Assembly (NCBI GenBank): GCA_028716245.1
Contig: JAQUQW010000006.1
Coordinates: 1-54,159, forward strand
Length of the DNA: 54,159 nt
Reading direction: 5' to 3'
Source of the DNA: Candidatus Omnitrophota bacterium
GTDB lineage: Bacteria > Omnitrophota > Gorgyraeia > Gygaellales > Profunditerraquicolaceae
Below the pieces are notes generated by a model. That model was given only the letters and a program-made list of their open reading frames with translations, did not search any database and was not told the DNA's origin. Shown piece by piece: positions 30,001 to 45,000 of this stretch (its first letter is position 1; every line of letters begins with the position of its first letter). The position numbers and the translations under genes were made by a program.

Positions 30001-33000
30001 TATAACTCACCTTGCTAAGCCTTCTGCCGAATTGTCTTTTCTCCGATTCCGGCTTAGTTTGTTTACCGCCATCGTAGATTTGGCCAACAGTGATGTATTT
30101 CGGTTGGATATCAAGATTGCCTCTTAAGAAGTATAAAACTTTTCTAAATATGTCTGCATGGCTAAATAAGAAAGTTACACTTTTGTCTAAAGCAGAGCTT
30201 TCATCTAGTTCTTTATAGGCATGCAAGATAAATTCATGGTGGGCCACAAAATAGAGATATTCGAGGGGAATAAAATTTGTTAAAAGAATTGCCTGAATAT
30301 GAACGGTATTACTTAGGGGATTATACCACATGGACGGCTTACCTATTTTCACAGGCTCAACAATAACATTTATCTTAAGAGGCGGGCCATTAATATAATG
30401 GGAGACAAAACCAAAGATTTGCTGAAGCCTCTCATAATAAACCCCTTGAATAAAAACATCAGTGCGTTTTAAGTTTAAATTATTGTCGCTATGAATAATT
30501 ATCCTGCCTAAATTAACTTGCTTAAAAGTATTGAGCTCAGGGGGAATAGAAAGTACGCAATCAGGAGCCATAAAATTAGCGGCTTCGCCTAATTCTTTTA
30601 ATTCAGCATCAAAAAGTTTCATCTTTTTTTGTATAGTTTCTTTGGTTAGTTGCATGCCTATATCTGGGCTGGACTGCATCTTAGCGATATTTGCGAAAGT
30701 CTTATCATATTCGAAAAGCAGGCATACTGGCGGACAAATAGTGGATAATCCTTTATTATTGATCATTTCAATTACATCTTTACGCTTTTGGCTATTCCAT
30801 ATTTCAGCTAAAGTTTGTTCTTTTAAATTTCCGTAGGCAACACGTTTGTCTATGGCTAATTCTACGCAATGGTAAACCGTACCATCTGAACCGATGAAAC
30901 TTACCCAAGGACAAGCCAAACATTTACTAAATGACTTCTGCGCCTGGTATACTCCATCCATTCGTTCTTTCGGAATTAATACAGAAATCGGATTTTTTCC
31001 GCTTTCTAAATAAGGTTTTACTTCTTTTTCTAAATTAATTAAAGCTTCTTGAACTAGGGACGCCGGGAACTGCTTACCTTTGTAGATGAAATCATAATAT
31101 GCCTGATAATACCTGTTTAGTTCCGGATTAGTGCGGACAAATTCCAATGAATCTATTGTCTCCTGTGTAATTTGACAGCCTCTTTCATATCTTACGGTGG
31201 GCCGGTAGGCAATAGAATCTATAGTCCCAAAGTCATCGTTTATCTCTTTCATAATCACGGCGATATTCAATAAATCTTTTATGTTCAGTGGAGTAATAAT
31301 CACTCCTATCCCAAAGCTCATCTTACTACCGGTTATTTTCTTGGCTTTAGCTAAATTTCTAATATTCTCTATTGCTTTAAAGAAAGCGTCTTCCGTTGTC
31401 CCGTGGAAATGTTTGTACGTCTCTTTGGTTCCGGCATTAAAACTTATCCGCAAGAAAGACAAGCCGATGCGTAGAATTCGCTCCGACTTTTCCGGTGAAA
31501 GAAGATACCCATCGGTAAAAAGCGCTACGCTCATTCCTTTACGCTTGGCGTATTCCATCCCTTCTATTGTGTGTGGGTTGAGTAACGGCTCTCCGCCGCC
31601 GGTAAAAACAACTGCCTTTACCCCAGATTCTGCCAATCTGTCTATATATAATTTCATATCTTCTAATTTCATGAAGAAATCGCTTGTTTTAGCTTCGCCT
31701 TTTGCTATCGCCGCTCTTATCTCTTCCTTAGAAACGCCATAGCTGCATGTCGGACAATGATATTGGCATATATGTGTAGGAGCTATTTGCGCGGTCACTG
31801 GTAAAATATCATAAAATTTACCCTCGATTACCTGACTTACTCTTTCAGAATGGGCCAGCCATTTGATAATGGTCATAGCGCCATAACCGCGGATATTTAT
31901 AATAGAATTTTCTGCTTCCAAAGATAGTGCGGTATCTTTTTCTATCTTTCCGCCATCTTTCTTATTTGTTATGTCTTCCTTATCGAGCCTAATAAGTTTT
32001 TTGACTACGTCGCTGCCTATCGGCATTGTGACAGGATACTGTCGATTGCCTCCTTGATTTCTTGATTCCTCACAGCGCAAAATCTCAACCAAATCATTAA
32101 AACGCGCAACGGCCTGCTCTAAATCCATCTTTCTGCCGACGCATTCCACCGTTGCTGATTGAAAAGCAAGCGCGTCCTGTAAAGCCCAAAACAATTCTTT
32201 AAACTCACGGGCATTTTTTGATTGAGCCAATTCTGGATGAGAATCCCAATAATAATTAAAACATCCCCTCATAAATTGCATTAATGCCACTCCGGTTAGA
32301 GAGCATCCTGATATCTCTAACCCATGTTCATCACAAAACTTAAACGACCAATAAAATCGTTCGAAAACTCGGATTACCCCTGATTCTTTGAGATTAGTCG
32401 ATAAATACCTCCGGGAGGAACATCTATTGTTAATTTCTGCTAAAATTCCGGACAGACTTAAATCAGTAACTTCAATCCAGTAATTCACCATCTCCGAACC
32501 GGAATAACCGTCGGAGTCGGTTTCGCTGAATCTTTCCTGCCTCAATTGAAATATCGCAGGGTCAGGAAAACTTAACGCTAATCCCCCGTATTGAGCGCTG
32601 TCCGGGTCAAGACAGCTGACGCCGTTTAAATAAGCCGCCAGGAGCCGGGGGTCGCCGGCCTCCCGTTCGGTTAAGAGTTCTTTCTCCTTAAAATCGCGCA
32701 CCAGCCGGGCCATAAAATGCAACAGGTAAGCTCTGGCGAAATTCGCTGTGCCGGGACCGTCAACATATTCGCCTAAATCGGCGAAATCACCGTTGAAACA
32801 ATAGTTGTTTAAAATCATATTATATGCCGGTTCAGCACTCATCAGGCTGCCGACCCCCCGGCCGTAAATGTTCCTAACTACGGCGCCGTAATTATCGGTA
32901 TCGGTAGTTTCATCAATTCTCTTATTGCCGTTGGGAAAAAGGTAAAGCTCGCTCTTATTCATTCCGGCAAGGTTTAGCCCCACGCGGTAAAGAAAATCTT

Positions 33001-36000
33001 TCAGCATATTAAATACCCGGCCTTCAGCTTTCCACCTGCCCAAGTGGCTGTCTTGCCCGAATTGCTCGTATTCGTATAAGAGCTCGCGCAAACGCAAAGC
33101 GCGGCTGTCGGACTTAGCTAAACGCAAGGTTACCCCATAACTGCGGCCATCTCCAGACAAACTGTCCTTAAACCACCAGTGAAATAACGGATGGTTCGGC
33201 AAAGTTACGCCGTTTAGACATACCCGTGGCTCATTACTGCCGTCGCGCTGAGACTGGTCGGCTTCTTCCATACCGGGCGGAGAATTAAAATGCGGTTGGT
33301 AGTTAGTCCCGCTTAAGGAACCGGACAGGCTTAAAAAGTAATTTATGTCTTCACTAATAACCTTGTCCTCTTCATCAAGCAAGCGGAATTTAATCCGAGA
33401 ATTAGGACGGGAGGACTGATTTTCCATAATTTGTACCGGTCGGCCTTTTCTGTCAAAAACGTTATGGATAGACTTAATGACTGGTGTACCTAACCCTTTT
33501 ACTTCCAGCCTGGCTGGCTGGAAAACAAGTTTTTCTCCGGTGAGAACCGGAATAAATAAATCTGCCGGGCAGCGCAAAGGCTCCTCGCCTCTTTGTCTTG
33601 AAACTATCTGCACCCAGCCAAAAGCACCGGGAAACATAGATAAGCGGCCGACTACCTCGCGCAGTGAAGAAAATTCAAGTTCATAAGGTTCTCCGTCAGC
33701 TTTTCTTAACTTGACTAAGCCGTAACGCTGTTTAACTTCCTCATCACTTAGACGCCGGATATTCAGGTATATTTTATCATCGGCTTCTTCGGCTCGGATA
33801 ACCAAGTAAAAATCGCCGATTACAGGGACAACCACTCCTTCTTTTTGAGTAGCCAATAACGGACCGGTTTTAGCATAAGATTTACGCCATAAATCTTCTG
33901 CCTTGGCTTGTTCAATCCGGTAAAAGAAAACTCTATGCCTACGCAAAAGTTTATTTCCACTAATCGCGGCAGTAGGTTCTCCGGCAGAACCGGCTGTGTT
34001 TAATTCTTTGATAAGCGCGCTCATATCCGCTGATATTGAAGGTATACCTGAATATTCGCCTCCGCGGCTGATTGCTGACTTAATTTTCTCTAACCAGTAA
34101 CTATCTCCCATTATTTCTATTATAGCCCTGGCTGCAGAGGAGCGAACATAATCATCGCTCTCTTTTAAATCTAAAATATATCTTTCTATTTTAAGCTCAA
34201 TAGTTAAAGCTCCGAGTTTTTCTAAAGCCCTGGCTGCGCATGAGCGGAGGACATAATAATCGCTATCTTTTAATATTTCGATTAAGACGGAGATAGCCGC
34301 TTTAGCGGCTGGGCCGATTTCACCTAAGGCCTGGGCTGCGGATGAGCTGACATCTGGATCATATAAAGCATTAATCAAAGGCTCAACTGCCTGTTTATCG
34401 CCAAGTTTACCTAAAGCACTGGCTGCGAAGGAGCGGAAATTGCTCCCGATTAAAGCCGTTTTGCTGTCTTCTAATGCCTCGATTAAGGCAGGAATAGCCG
34501 CTTTAGCGGCTGGGCCGATTTCACCTAAGACCTCGGCTGCCAATGAGCGGACATGATTATCGCTATCTTTTAAATCTAAAATATATCTTTCTATTTTAAG
34601 CTCAGTAGTTAAAACTCCAAGTTTTTCTAAAGCACTGGCTGCGGATGAGCGAACATATGAATTTAGATCATATAAAGCATTAATTAAAGGCTCAACTGCT
34701 CGTTTATCACCCAGTTCACCTAAGGCACCACTGGCTACGGAGCGGACAGTCTCATCTGAACTTACTAAGACTCTAATATAACCATTCACCAGTTGTTCTT
34801 GGGTAACACCTAATTTCTTTAAGTCTTCTGGGTATAATGTACCCAACCAAATATACCAACTCATTGGAGACACATAACGCCAAATCGTAAAGAATAACCC
34901 AACCCCTAACACTAATACCATAATAACGCTGATGATTGGATTAGCAGAAACAAAAGAAATTAACAGATTCAATGCAGATTCAAAACTTGGAGAATATACG
35001 GCAGTGGAAAGGAAGGCGGGGAAAACGGAAAGGCTGAATAGTTTTAATTGAAAATCTGTATTTACTTTTCCACCATCTTTTAATACCACGCTCTGCCTCA
35101 CAATATTAGTAAGCAATGTCCTCCTTAAGAATAAAATTTCCTTGACATATATTTGAACCTGGTCTTGATTACGCTTATTAGCATCGAGCAAAGCCTGCTT
35201 CTCCAATTCCACTTTTTCTTCCAATAAAAGTAAAATTTCCTTGTTATCTATTTGAACCTGGTCTTGATTACGCTTATTAGCATCGAGCAAAGCCTGCTTC
35301 TCCAATTCCACTTTTTCTTCCAATAATAGCGCATCTAATAATCTTTTCCATAAAATCGAGGCTATTTCTTTTTCCTTATCTTTAAAAAGCAACGTTTTTG
35401 CTTTTTGCTCAAACATATAATCGTTCAATGTTTTTTGCGATGAGACCGGTTGCCTTCCCCGGAATTCATTAACGGCTCTCTGTATATAATTTTCCTTGGT
35501 TTCCTGAGCAGCTTCAGCCCATAAAATATCGTTGCCTTTTGCCGAGAATTCATCAATTAATTGCGCAATCTCATGGTTCTCAAGCGTCTCTTCTGTTGTC
35601 CAACTGTAGGATACCGCAGTCATAGTTGATTTTTCGACTAATTTATTTTTAAGTTTATTGAATAATAATTCCTTTGCTTTCGCTTCATTTCTATCATTGA
35701 TATCCAAGAGGGCATCCTTAAGGGCGCCAATAACTTCAACCCTCCAGATGTTATCCACCATAGCGGTTATCGAATTTGCTTGATCCAAAACAGACCGAAC
35801 CTTAGTGTCCATACCTTTCTGTGTTAATAATTCTTGCGCTTTACCCTCAAGATTGCCATCCACTATTTTTTGCTGAGCCTCTTTATTCTTTTGCACCATT
35901 TTATCAAATAATGTTTTCTTAGCCTCTAATTCCTTTTCCTTGTTGCCGTTAGTGTCTAAGAGCGCTTGCTTAAAATTTTCTCCCAAAATATCCGTATTCC

Positions 36001-39000
36001 AAATTCTATCATTAATTACTAAGTCAGGACCTTTCTGTTCTATTGCTCTACGAAGATTGGTAATGTTATTTTCATCTGCCAATAGTTCTTTTATCTTATC
36101 CTCAATCTGCTCATCTACAATTTTCTGCTGCGCCTGCTTATTTATCTGGCTCATTTTATCGAACAACAATTTCTTCACATTAGTTACATTGCCATCATTT
36201 ACTTCTAAAAGCGCATTACGTAAACCTGCTTCTATCGAATCCCAAAGAGTAATGGTTATAACCAAACCAAAATTACCGTTTTGAGCCCTTGCCTGCCGTA
36301 AATTACTAAGCGTACTGGCATCATCTAATATTTTTTTTGCTTCTCGGCTAATCTTTTCATTAATAGTACGGTTTTCATATTCATTGTTAAGCATGCCCCA
36401 GAAATTTTCTTTGGCCTTATCTATATCATTGTTATTCCAGTTTAAAAGGAATTGTTTTAATTGTCCGGGTAAATCATCCCAAATAACATTCATATTATTT
36501 AAAATTATAGAACTTCTGGCTTCTTTATAACTTAGCTCTTTAGCAAGTTTTAACATTTCTTCTCCCATAAAGAAAGATAAAGGTAGTTGTTCCCTCTTCT
36601 TGATTTCTCTCTTTACTTTTTCTAAATAATCTTGCTGATTTTTATTTTCCAAATCTTGCCAAAGAGCTTCTGCGCCTTGAGTTTCTAAAGCATCGAGCTT
36701 AAGCCTGATTTGATATATTTTATTGAAATACTGACCAGCCTTACCTTTAATTACTTCTCCAAGATAAACGTAAGTCCCCTTCTTAAAACGATTAATGAGC
36801 CAAACAATTGGCCTTAATGTAACTAAAGCTATGATAATGCCTACAACAAGAACTGTAGCTAAAATGAAGATGCCGAAGACACCCATCTCTATTTTCTGTA
36901 TTAGGTTATAATTACTTTTCTTTGACGTCACATTGAACCGCCAAATCTTACAATCTGCCTTAAAGAATCCCCACCATAGCCTGGTCCCCACACTTAAAGG
37001 TGTTGACCCGGGATTTGCCAGGAATGGAACAGCAAAAGCAGAAACTACCATTAATACATAACTCCATGACCAGATTAACGTCAGATTCCAATAAAAAGAT
37101 ATGGCAATAATTGAAATAACCGTGAGAGTTAACCCATAACGAATATGGCTTCTCCTGTAATCATTATATAATGACGCGTTTTCTTCTTGTAATCGCCCTT
37201 TCGAATCAAATGGCTTAACCGCGAAGATAGGAATATGATGCAACATAAAGCCTCTTCCTGTTCCCACATACATCGCAATTCCATCCATTGCTTTTCGCAC
37301 TCCAAAAGCATAAGTAAATACCTGGGCCATAAAATAAGGCACCATACCTTCGATAAGCATCTTTGAGAAACTGCCTGTAGCTCTCACAAACCCTTTCTTC
37401 AGCATCATTTGAAAATAGCCTCCCAATGCGATAGCTTGCATAAGGAGTATCGCCAGCAGCCCGAAGATTATTTCTGAAGGAAATGAAGCAAATCCGCTTA
37501 TACCCAATAACAATAAAAGAATAATATACGAAGTAACACCCAATCTAACTATGGGTTTTCTCAAAAAGAACCCTATGGCACCGATGAAATGCGACATTAC
37601 CTGATCAAGCGAGAAATTAGAAGAAGTATTCAGTAAATACAAGTATCGGGATCTACCCTGTTCGCCGCCGCCCATGCCTAATTTTTCAAAAAATCCCGCG
37701 GTTTTCGAGAAAGCAACTTCTCTTGCTTTGCCTGCAAGAATAAATTCAAAAAAATCCACCGTATATCCTTTTAATACCAATAAGTATCCTCCGAAGATAT
37801 CTTCATTAACATAAGAAGGCAAAGATGAACCTCGCTGGCGAACATAAGTCTCATCCCAAATATCAGGATGTCCATAATGGAACCTGACTTTTAGTAGAGT
37901 AAGAACTCTGTTCGTCAAAGAGTTAAATGTTCCATCTGCAAGAGCGTTAAATTTAGCTATTGTGTTAAATGTTTCAGTAACTATATGTTCCGGGAAACCT
38001 ATAAGCTTAACTTGATCATCATATTTGAACTTTTCCATTAAATTAGGCATAAAAAACCATTGTTCGAGGTAGAAATCCTGATTAACATCAATGCTCATCA
38101 TCTTTTCTCCCCGAACATATCTTATGCCATTAGTTTGCCCTTCGGGTTTACCTTCGGCCAATAATTCCTTACCCGGCAAAGTGATACTCTGCGAGTGAAC
38201 AATCGTTCCAGAACTACATTTCGCTAGGCCGCTAGTAGCATTAAAGAAATAAGCTATTTGTAAAATCTCAGGATATTCTTTCAACAGCCAATCCAAATCC
38301 TTAAATTTTTGTATTTCATCTGGCTTTGTTGAAACAGAGAAATTCCGGTATTGGTCAAAAGCTATTACATACTGAAATTTCTCAAGTAATTTCTTATTTA
38401 TCTGCTCCTCAGTATTGCGAACAAAGAATCCCGGGTCCTCAATCCCCAATTTCCACTTTAGGATATCCCGATAATACATCATTCCCCTAATCGTTCTTGA
38501 TAAAGGCTGGAATGAATACGATGCCCAAAGCCTTACCTCCATTATCAAATCATCATTACCTATAACAAGTGGGGTACCATAAACCAGATTCTTCATCTTG
38601 TCAATTTCCTCTGGAGGATATTTCTTAGTGCTTTCTAAATATTCAATAAGGTTTTTCCATTCATCCGGGAAAAGTTTAATTAAATACGTCAGCGCCGTTA
38701 AACCGGTATTAAGAACTTTATTCAAATCCTTAAACTCATAAATGACTTCTTCGTTACCAACCGGAGTCATGATGCTGAGTGAAAAAAGCTGTTCCCATGT
38801 TGGAGCGATATCCATATCCATATGCAGCTGATCCGCAAACCAGATGATTCTTTCTTCTGCTGATTTGTTAAGCGGTTTTTTGCCCAAATTAGGTTCTGCG
38901 TTTATTTTACCTTTAAGATAGTCAGACGAGTTCTCTTCTATTTTGAACTCATATGCTTCAAGTTCTTGTTTGGACAACCTCTTTTGTAGATACAAAGCTG

Positions 39001-42000
39001 TTACAATCAAATTCCAGGCTTTTGCCCAAGCCATTCTTTTCTGCTCATCACTAAGACTTAAACTGGAAGGAATCATTTTATCCTTAAACAGCTTCTCAAT
39101 TTGTTTTTCATTAAATTTTTTATTTACTTGTTTCCAGGACTTTATAGTGCCAATACCGATGTATTTACCTTTCACATAACCTACAATTGCTTCTGATAAA
39201 TAAAAGAAGGTAAAAGTATCCAGGAAAAAGAAAATAATAAACGGCAACCAAAGGGCAACTATTACCAATGGGATCATGTTAAACCCTAAAATCAATAGCG
39301 CCCCTCCCCATAACTCATTTGTTACTATGCCTAAATTAAAGAATACAAAATAATTCCAAAGTACTTTTGGAATAAACACGCCTAAAATCCAAAATGCCCA
39401 TCTTGATACTTTTGACCAGATAGTAACTTTGGGAGATTTATATCCTTCGTCCGGCCTCACGGATGCTGAATGATTCTTTACTTCTAGCCATCTATCCAAT
39501 AATCTTTTACAGATTTGTAAACCTACTGCCAAGAGAATCAATCCGGCTGAATAATAAACCACCAAACCCGTGATTCCTATTCCCACTGACAGAAGCGCAA
39601 ATCCTGAAGCAATATAAAGCATAGCTAAAAGAATAGATAAGGGTTTGATGAAGTTCCTAAATGTACGCAGCCATCCCCTTATGCTAGAATTGATAACTAA
39701 ATATAACTTTCTGCCAAATATCTTAGTATCGATTATTATGCCCCCGCTTTTCTCCAGATATGTTTTCCAAATTACCGCACCCTCATCACCTTTATCCCAT
39801 TCTTGACGAATAAACTTCCAATACTCTTTAAATTCCTCAGATTTTAGGGTTTCCTGTTGTATTTTCTCTTTATTCGTAACCCCGTATTTTTCAATCAATC
39901 CATCACTTCCATTGATCTTATTAAACAATTTCTCTACTAAAGGTTTTAATCCAGCGATGAATTTGTCGTAATCGCCATTTTTAACCTTACTCCGATAGCT
40001 ATTTACGAAATTCTTGTTCCTGAATAAATCATCCATATCATCGTAGGTGATAAAATACTCTGGCGGCACCGAACCCGAAACATCGCGAAATTTTCCGGGA
40101 ACAGCTCCTTTAAACTGGCCAATTTGTAATTCGAGTATTTTATGCCACCGAGTAATTTCCTCTCTTATAAATAAAGCAACGACTGCTTTGGGTATTCTTT
40201 TTGCTTCCCGGAATAAATAGCTATGGAAAGCAGGAGTATAATAAGCAAAATTAGCAGCAGATCTATTGATTAATTGCCATAAATACAGATCTTCCAAATT
40301 CAATTCTCCGACTAAACCTTCCCCTTTTACCGTCTTTAACCACACTCTATACTCTTCAAAGTGCTCATCAATAACAGTTTGCATTTTCCGCTTGTTAACT
40401 GCCAGCCGTATCTCATCATTTAAATATCCTTTAGCCTCATCGACAACCCCTTGTTCAAATCCATAGTCTAGGGGATTATTTAACAAGTCATCAATTTCTT
40501 GTATCTCACTTTGGCGGTTTGTGTTTCTCCAAAGCAGGAAATTGGGTATCTTCCTCTTTTGCCTGCCTATAAAGCTAGCGATAATCCCTGTGATATAAGT
40601 TACGATTATTACCGCTAAGGGAACAATAATCCACTGTAATAAAGACCAAGAACGTAAATCCTGTACCCATTGTTCAAGTGTGCCAATTCTGTGTTTACCG
40701 TTGTCTTCGAGATTACCGTATACATCATATTTATATTCTTGCTCGTAAATTTTACTAGGAGCTGTCCCTTCCCTCTCATAAACCATCTGAATTGTTTTAT
40801 CTGAAAAATAATTTATCTGGCTCCAATTCTTCAGCCAAATTTTCTCTGTAGGGTCGAAACTAATTACCGGCCTTTCGTCGGAAGCTGAAACATTGAAATC
40901 AACGATTTCTGTGCCTTTAGTTATGGGTTGTGGTATAAAAGTATCTGACTTGGGGCGGTCATTTAAGTCTTGAATTAATTTCCCGGTGGGAATATAAATT
41001 TTATTCTTCAAAAGAATGGTTGAATCAGTATTATGAATATCATATATAAATACATGTTCATACGTTCCGTTCGTTAAATCTTTTACATTAACTTTTTCTA
41101 CTTTGTTCGTTGTTAGATTATACCAATCAATATAAGAAATCTTTTCTTTGTATAACACGCTCTGGATATCGTATCCCCCAAAGATCCCATCTTTTTCTTT
41201 AAATTCGACGCTTCCCGGCAACACGCCAAACGGCGCGGAGGTTTTATTTTGCTCAAATAGCCACAATCTATTTACAACGGTTTTGTTAGTGCTTTTAGAG
41301 GCAGGACTTACAGCTATAAGTTCTTTTCCTAAAAAGTCATTGGTAAAAGAATAGCTCTGGCTTGTAATCTTAGGATTATCCGAATATTTTGCATCGTCTT
41401 GTTTGGCTGAAATCTCACCCTCGAGGTTTAATTCAGTGTACTGAGTTTCGATTAGAGAAGCTGACTCATTAAAATTCTTGCCGAATTGCTTTGTATATGA
41501 ATTTAAATCCGAAATGAGCCCGCTGCCTGTATAGCCTAAATATTCCTTTTCAGCACCAGAATCAACTATCGCCTTGTATTCTTTTGTAATACGGTTTCCT
41601 TTTTCATCATATGGATGCCAATAGAATCCAACTACCCCCTTACCTTGCTTATCAACTACTAATGTCTTATCAAAGAATGGCCCATAGGCATCAACTCGCC
41701 ATCCGAGATTAATATTAATCGTAGGGCTGCCTATAGTATCTACGACTGTCGCGTCTTTTAAAGGATGCCCGGGAGAAGTATAGCGGTCTTCTATAGCCCC
41801 TGAAGCATATTCTCTCTGGTTTTTTGATAATGCAATACCGTGTTTTAACAATAAATCTAATTCCTGTTGCTCCGGTTGAGTTAAATTTATATTAGAGAAA
41901 CTAAGATTATAATGCGAGAGGTTCTCTACGGAATTTTGTTCGCCTTCGTAAGAACCTTTATAATATGGTACTTGCTCTCCATCGCGGATATGGTAGGCGC

Positions 42001-45000
42001 TTACATTCTGAGGAGTATCTTTTAGATTGCTCCATTCTCCATCAGCCCAAATCCGCTGTGTAGGAATCCAGGTTTGAGTTACATTGACCGTATTACCCAA
42101 TTTATCCACATAAGAATAAGGCTTATCTAACGGTTTAAAATACCCCTGCTCCTCGTAAGCCCAGCCGCCCCAGACCTGATAAGGATAATGCCAGCGATAC
42201 CAAACAATATCCGTACCGGGAATTGAATAACGTACGCGAAAATATCTGGTCTCTTCATCGGGGCCTAAACCGTATTTGGCATCTTTGGCATCAGCATTTT
42301 CCACTTCTAAAATAATATTGCCGCTGGCTTTATCGATAAAATAGCCATACAAAGGAATCCTCTCCAACCCGATAAATTGCGGAGCCACGAATATCGCGCC
42401 GTCGCGGTCAATAATAATGGTTCGCCCGATTTCATCTCCGGGAACATTATATTCAAAGAAAATTTCATTTCCGATTTTAGAGATCGTTTGAACGAGGCGC
42501 AAATCTTCCGCGGTTAAATTCTCCGGTGTCTTTTGTTTTATTTGGGCAATTATAGTTTTAATATCATCTTTCTGAGATTCGCTAAAATTATAGATATTAT
42601 TAAGGTCGACGAGTGCTTCTTGTGAATACATCGTTTTAAGTATCTCATATCTTGCCTTCGCGTCATTCCACTTAATGAGCATTGCTTCTTCGGGTTGATA
42701 GAAATTCTTATCCTGATATTTAGCGACATAATAAATATCTTTGAGGTCTAAAGAGGCGATCATTCTTGACCTGCCAAAAGCATCCACCTGGGGTTCGCTG
42801 TAAATATAGTTTAACGGCTGGCCTGCGCTGGTGCTAGCGGCAAACTTAGTAAGCCTAAACTCGCTAAGCGGGAAAGTTTTATTTTTACCGGTTTGAGGAT
42901 CATAAACGCTTAATTCTTTAAATTCGGAGGCCTCTCCCACCATACGCGTAACCGTTCCGATTGTGGGTTGAGATTCTGATTGAGCCAGTGGATTCTTAAA
43001 ATACTTAAATACCGCGGGGAAATTCGAAGGTACAGTCTGATTCGCTTGTGGTTGCGGATGTTCTTCGGGAACAGGAGGAGCACGGGCGGTAAGAGTTTCA
43101 TTTATTGCCGAAACAGGAACTTTGGTTTCATTCTGCCAAAGCCCGCGCATCTGAGACACAACTTCTTTTTCGGTTCCATTTATCGTAACCCAGCCAAAAA
43201 ACGCTTCGTTACCGAAGAAATCATAAGGAACATCAAAAGCAGCCCCTGAAGTAGCCTGGCTAGTAGCATTTCCTGCTTTCCAATACTCATCCTGCCAGGT
43301 CATAAAGGTAACGCCAAGAATATTCTTAGCCTTTAAAGAATTCCAGATATTCACATCTGCCGCGGCTTGTTCAGTTTGATTTTCTTTACCTTCCCGCATA
43401 TTATAAGAATCCGCGCCGGTTTCAGAAATATAAATTGATTTATTACCCGCGGCTTGCTTAACTTCATCGATTGTGTTGGCAAGGCTATCCCACTGATACG
43501 CGTTTAAACCGAAAACATCCACTGAAGGAACTTGAGCAATTACACTCTTTAGCGCGTCTTTAGCAGAAGGAGTGCCGTCATAACCGTAAGCAGTAGAAAC
43601 CGGATGGTTGGGATCTATCGCCTTTGTGGCATTGGCGGCTTTTTCCAAAGCCTCATACCAAACACTAATATTACCGTTAGACCATTCCGGATGATAATTG
43701 TTTTCATTGCCAAACTCCCACATCAAAACTGCCGGATGATTTTTATAGGTCTTAATATAGTTTAGATAAGTGCCAGTCTTTATATCCGGACCTGGATTAT
43801 AGCGGTCATCAAAATAAGGGAATCCTACGATTACCCGGATATTATTTTTAGCGGCTAAATCCAACACATCCGGCATCGGCGGATAATAGGTTCTTATTGT
43901 ATTTATCCCGGTTTCATTCATCTTCTGAAAATAGGTTTCATTTACTGAATTGAGATTAAAAACAAAATCGCGCTGCCCCTTACCTTGAGGAACCGTAGAA
44001 AAGGTAACCCCGCGGATTTTATAGCTGCTATTGCCGACACTGAGCTGATTATCTTTTACAGTTACAGGCGTAATCTCCGGGTAAGTTTTTACCTCCGCGG
44101 GGAAATATGACTTATCCAGCGTAAATTCAATCGCCTTTGGCGCGGAGTAAATTCCTTTTGGATAAACCATTTCGATATTAAGGTCGGTTAAAGTTAAACG
44201 CGGCTCACTATAAACGCCATCATAAACAACATAGACCGTTTTATTTAATTCACCGAGGTAAAGAGTTCTCTTATAAACGGTAAACTGTGACTGATTCTTA
44301 AAGCTATTGATAAATTTATTAAATTCATTCTCAAAGTCATCGCTTCTATTGGTAAACCTTACTCCCTTTTGTTCTAAAAATCCGCGTGAATCTTTAACGC
44401 CAACAGTGCCTATACGAACATCCTGCTTCTTAATATCTCCTGCCAAGGAATGAGTAGTTTTAATCACTTGCCCCTTATCATTTACTTCATTAAAGAATTT
44501 ACCTGTGCTTTGCTCCAACTCAATCAAATTGCCTCTGGCATCTAATTTCTGAAACTTAGTTTTTCCTTCGGCTAAATTTATTTCCAGCATATTCACTACT
44601 ATCCCGCCTTTATTGGCTTTAAGCGGGATGAAAATGCGGGAAAGCTTTCCGGTTAAAGAATCATAAGCGCTAGCGGGAATATTATCTTTATAAACTATTT
44701 TCTCTTCGGGAGTAAGCTGATAAAGATGTTCGGCCTGACTGTAAGCGTCTATAATTATCTGGTCATTTAAAACATCTACTTTCTTAATAATATTGATGTA
44801 GTCCTGATTCTCGACCTCATAAACATAAAGGACATTATTCTTGGTCTCATATACCGGTTCGCCATGCTGATCAACACCTATCTGCACGGATATCGTTATA
44901 CCTCTCTCTTTAGAAGTATCTACGGTATAATAGGGATGCTTCAATCCATTCATCCGGTCATAATAAGTCAATTCCTCAAGTGAAACATCCCAATTCGCCA

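Noticed and set aside
35114-35126. AAGGAGG before an in-frame TTG as an internal start of the HEAT module
   Set aside because: The spacer is only 3 nt, too short for efficient initiation.
34132-35326. HEAT sub-repeats or the 99-bp duplication as a CRISPR array or IS ends
   Set aside because: The repeats are in-frame coding duplications without unique spacers. I saw no cas, transposase, integrase, tRNA or rRNA sequence in the window.
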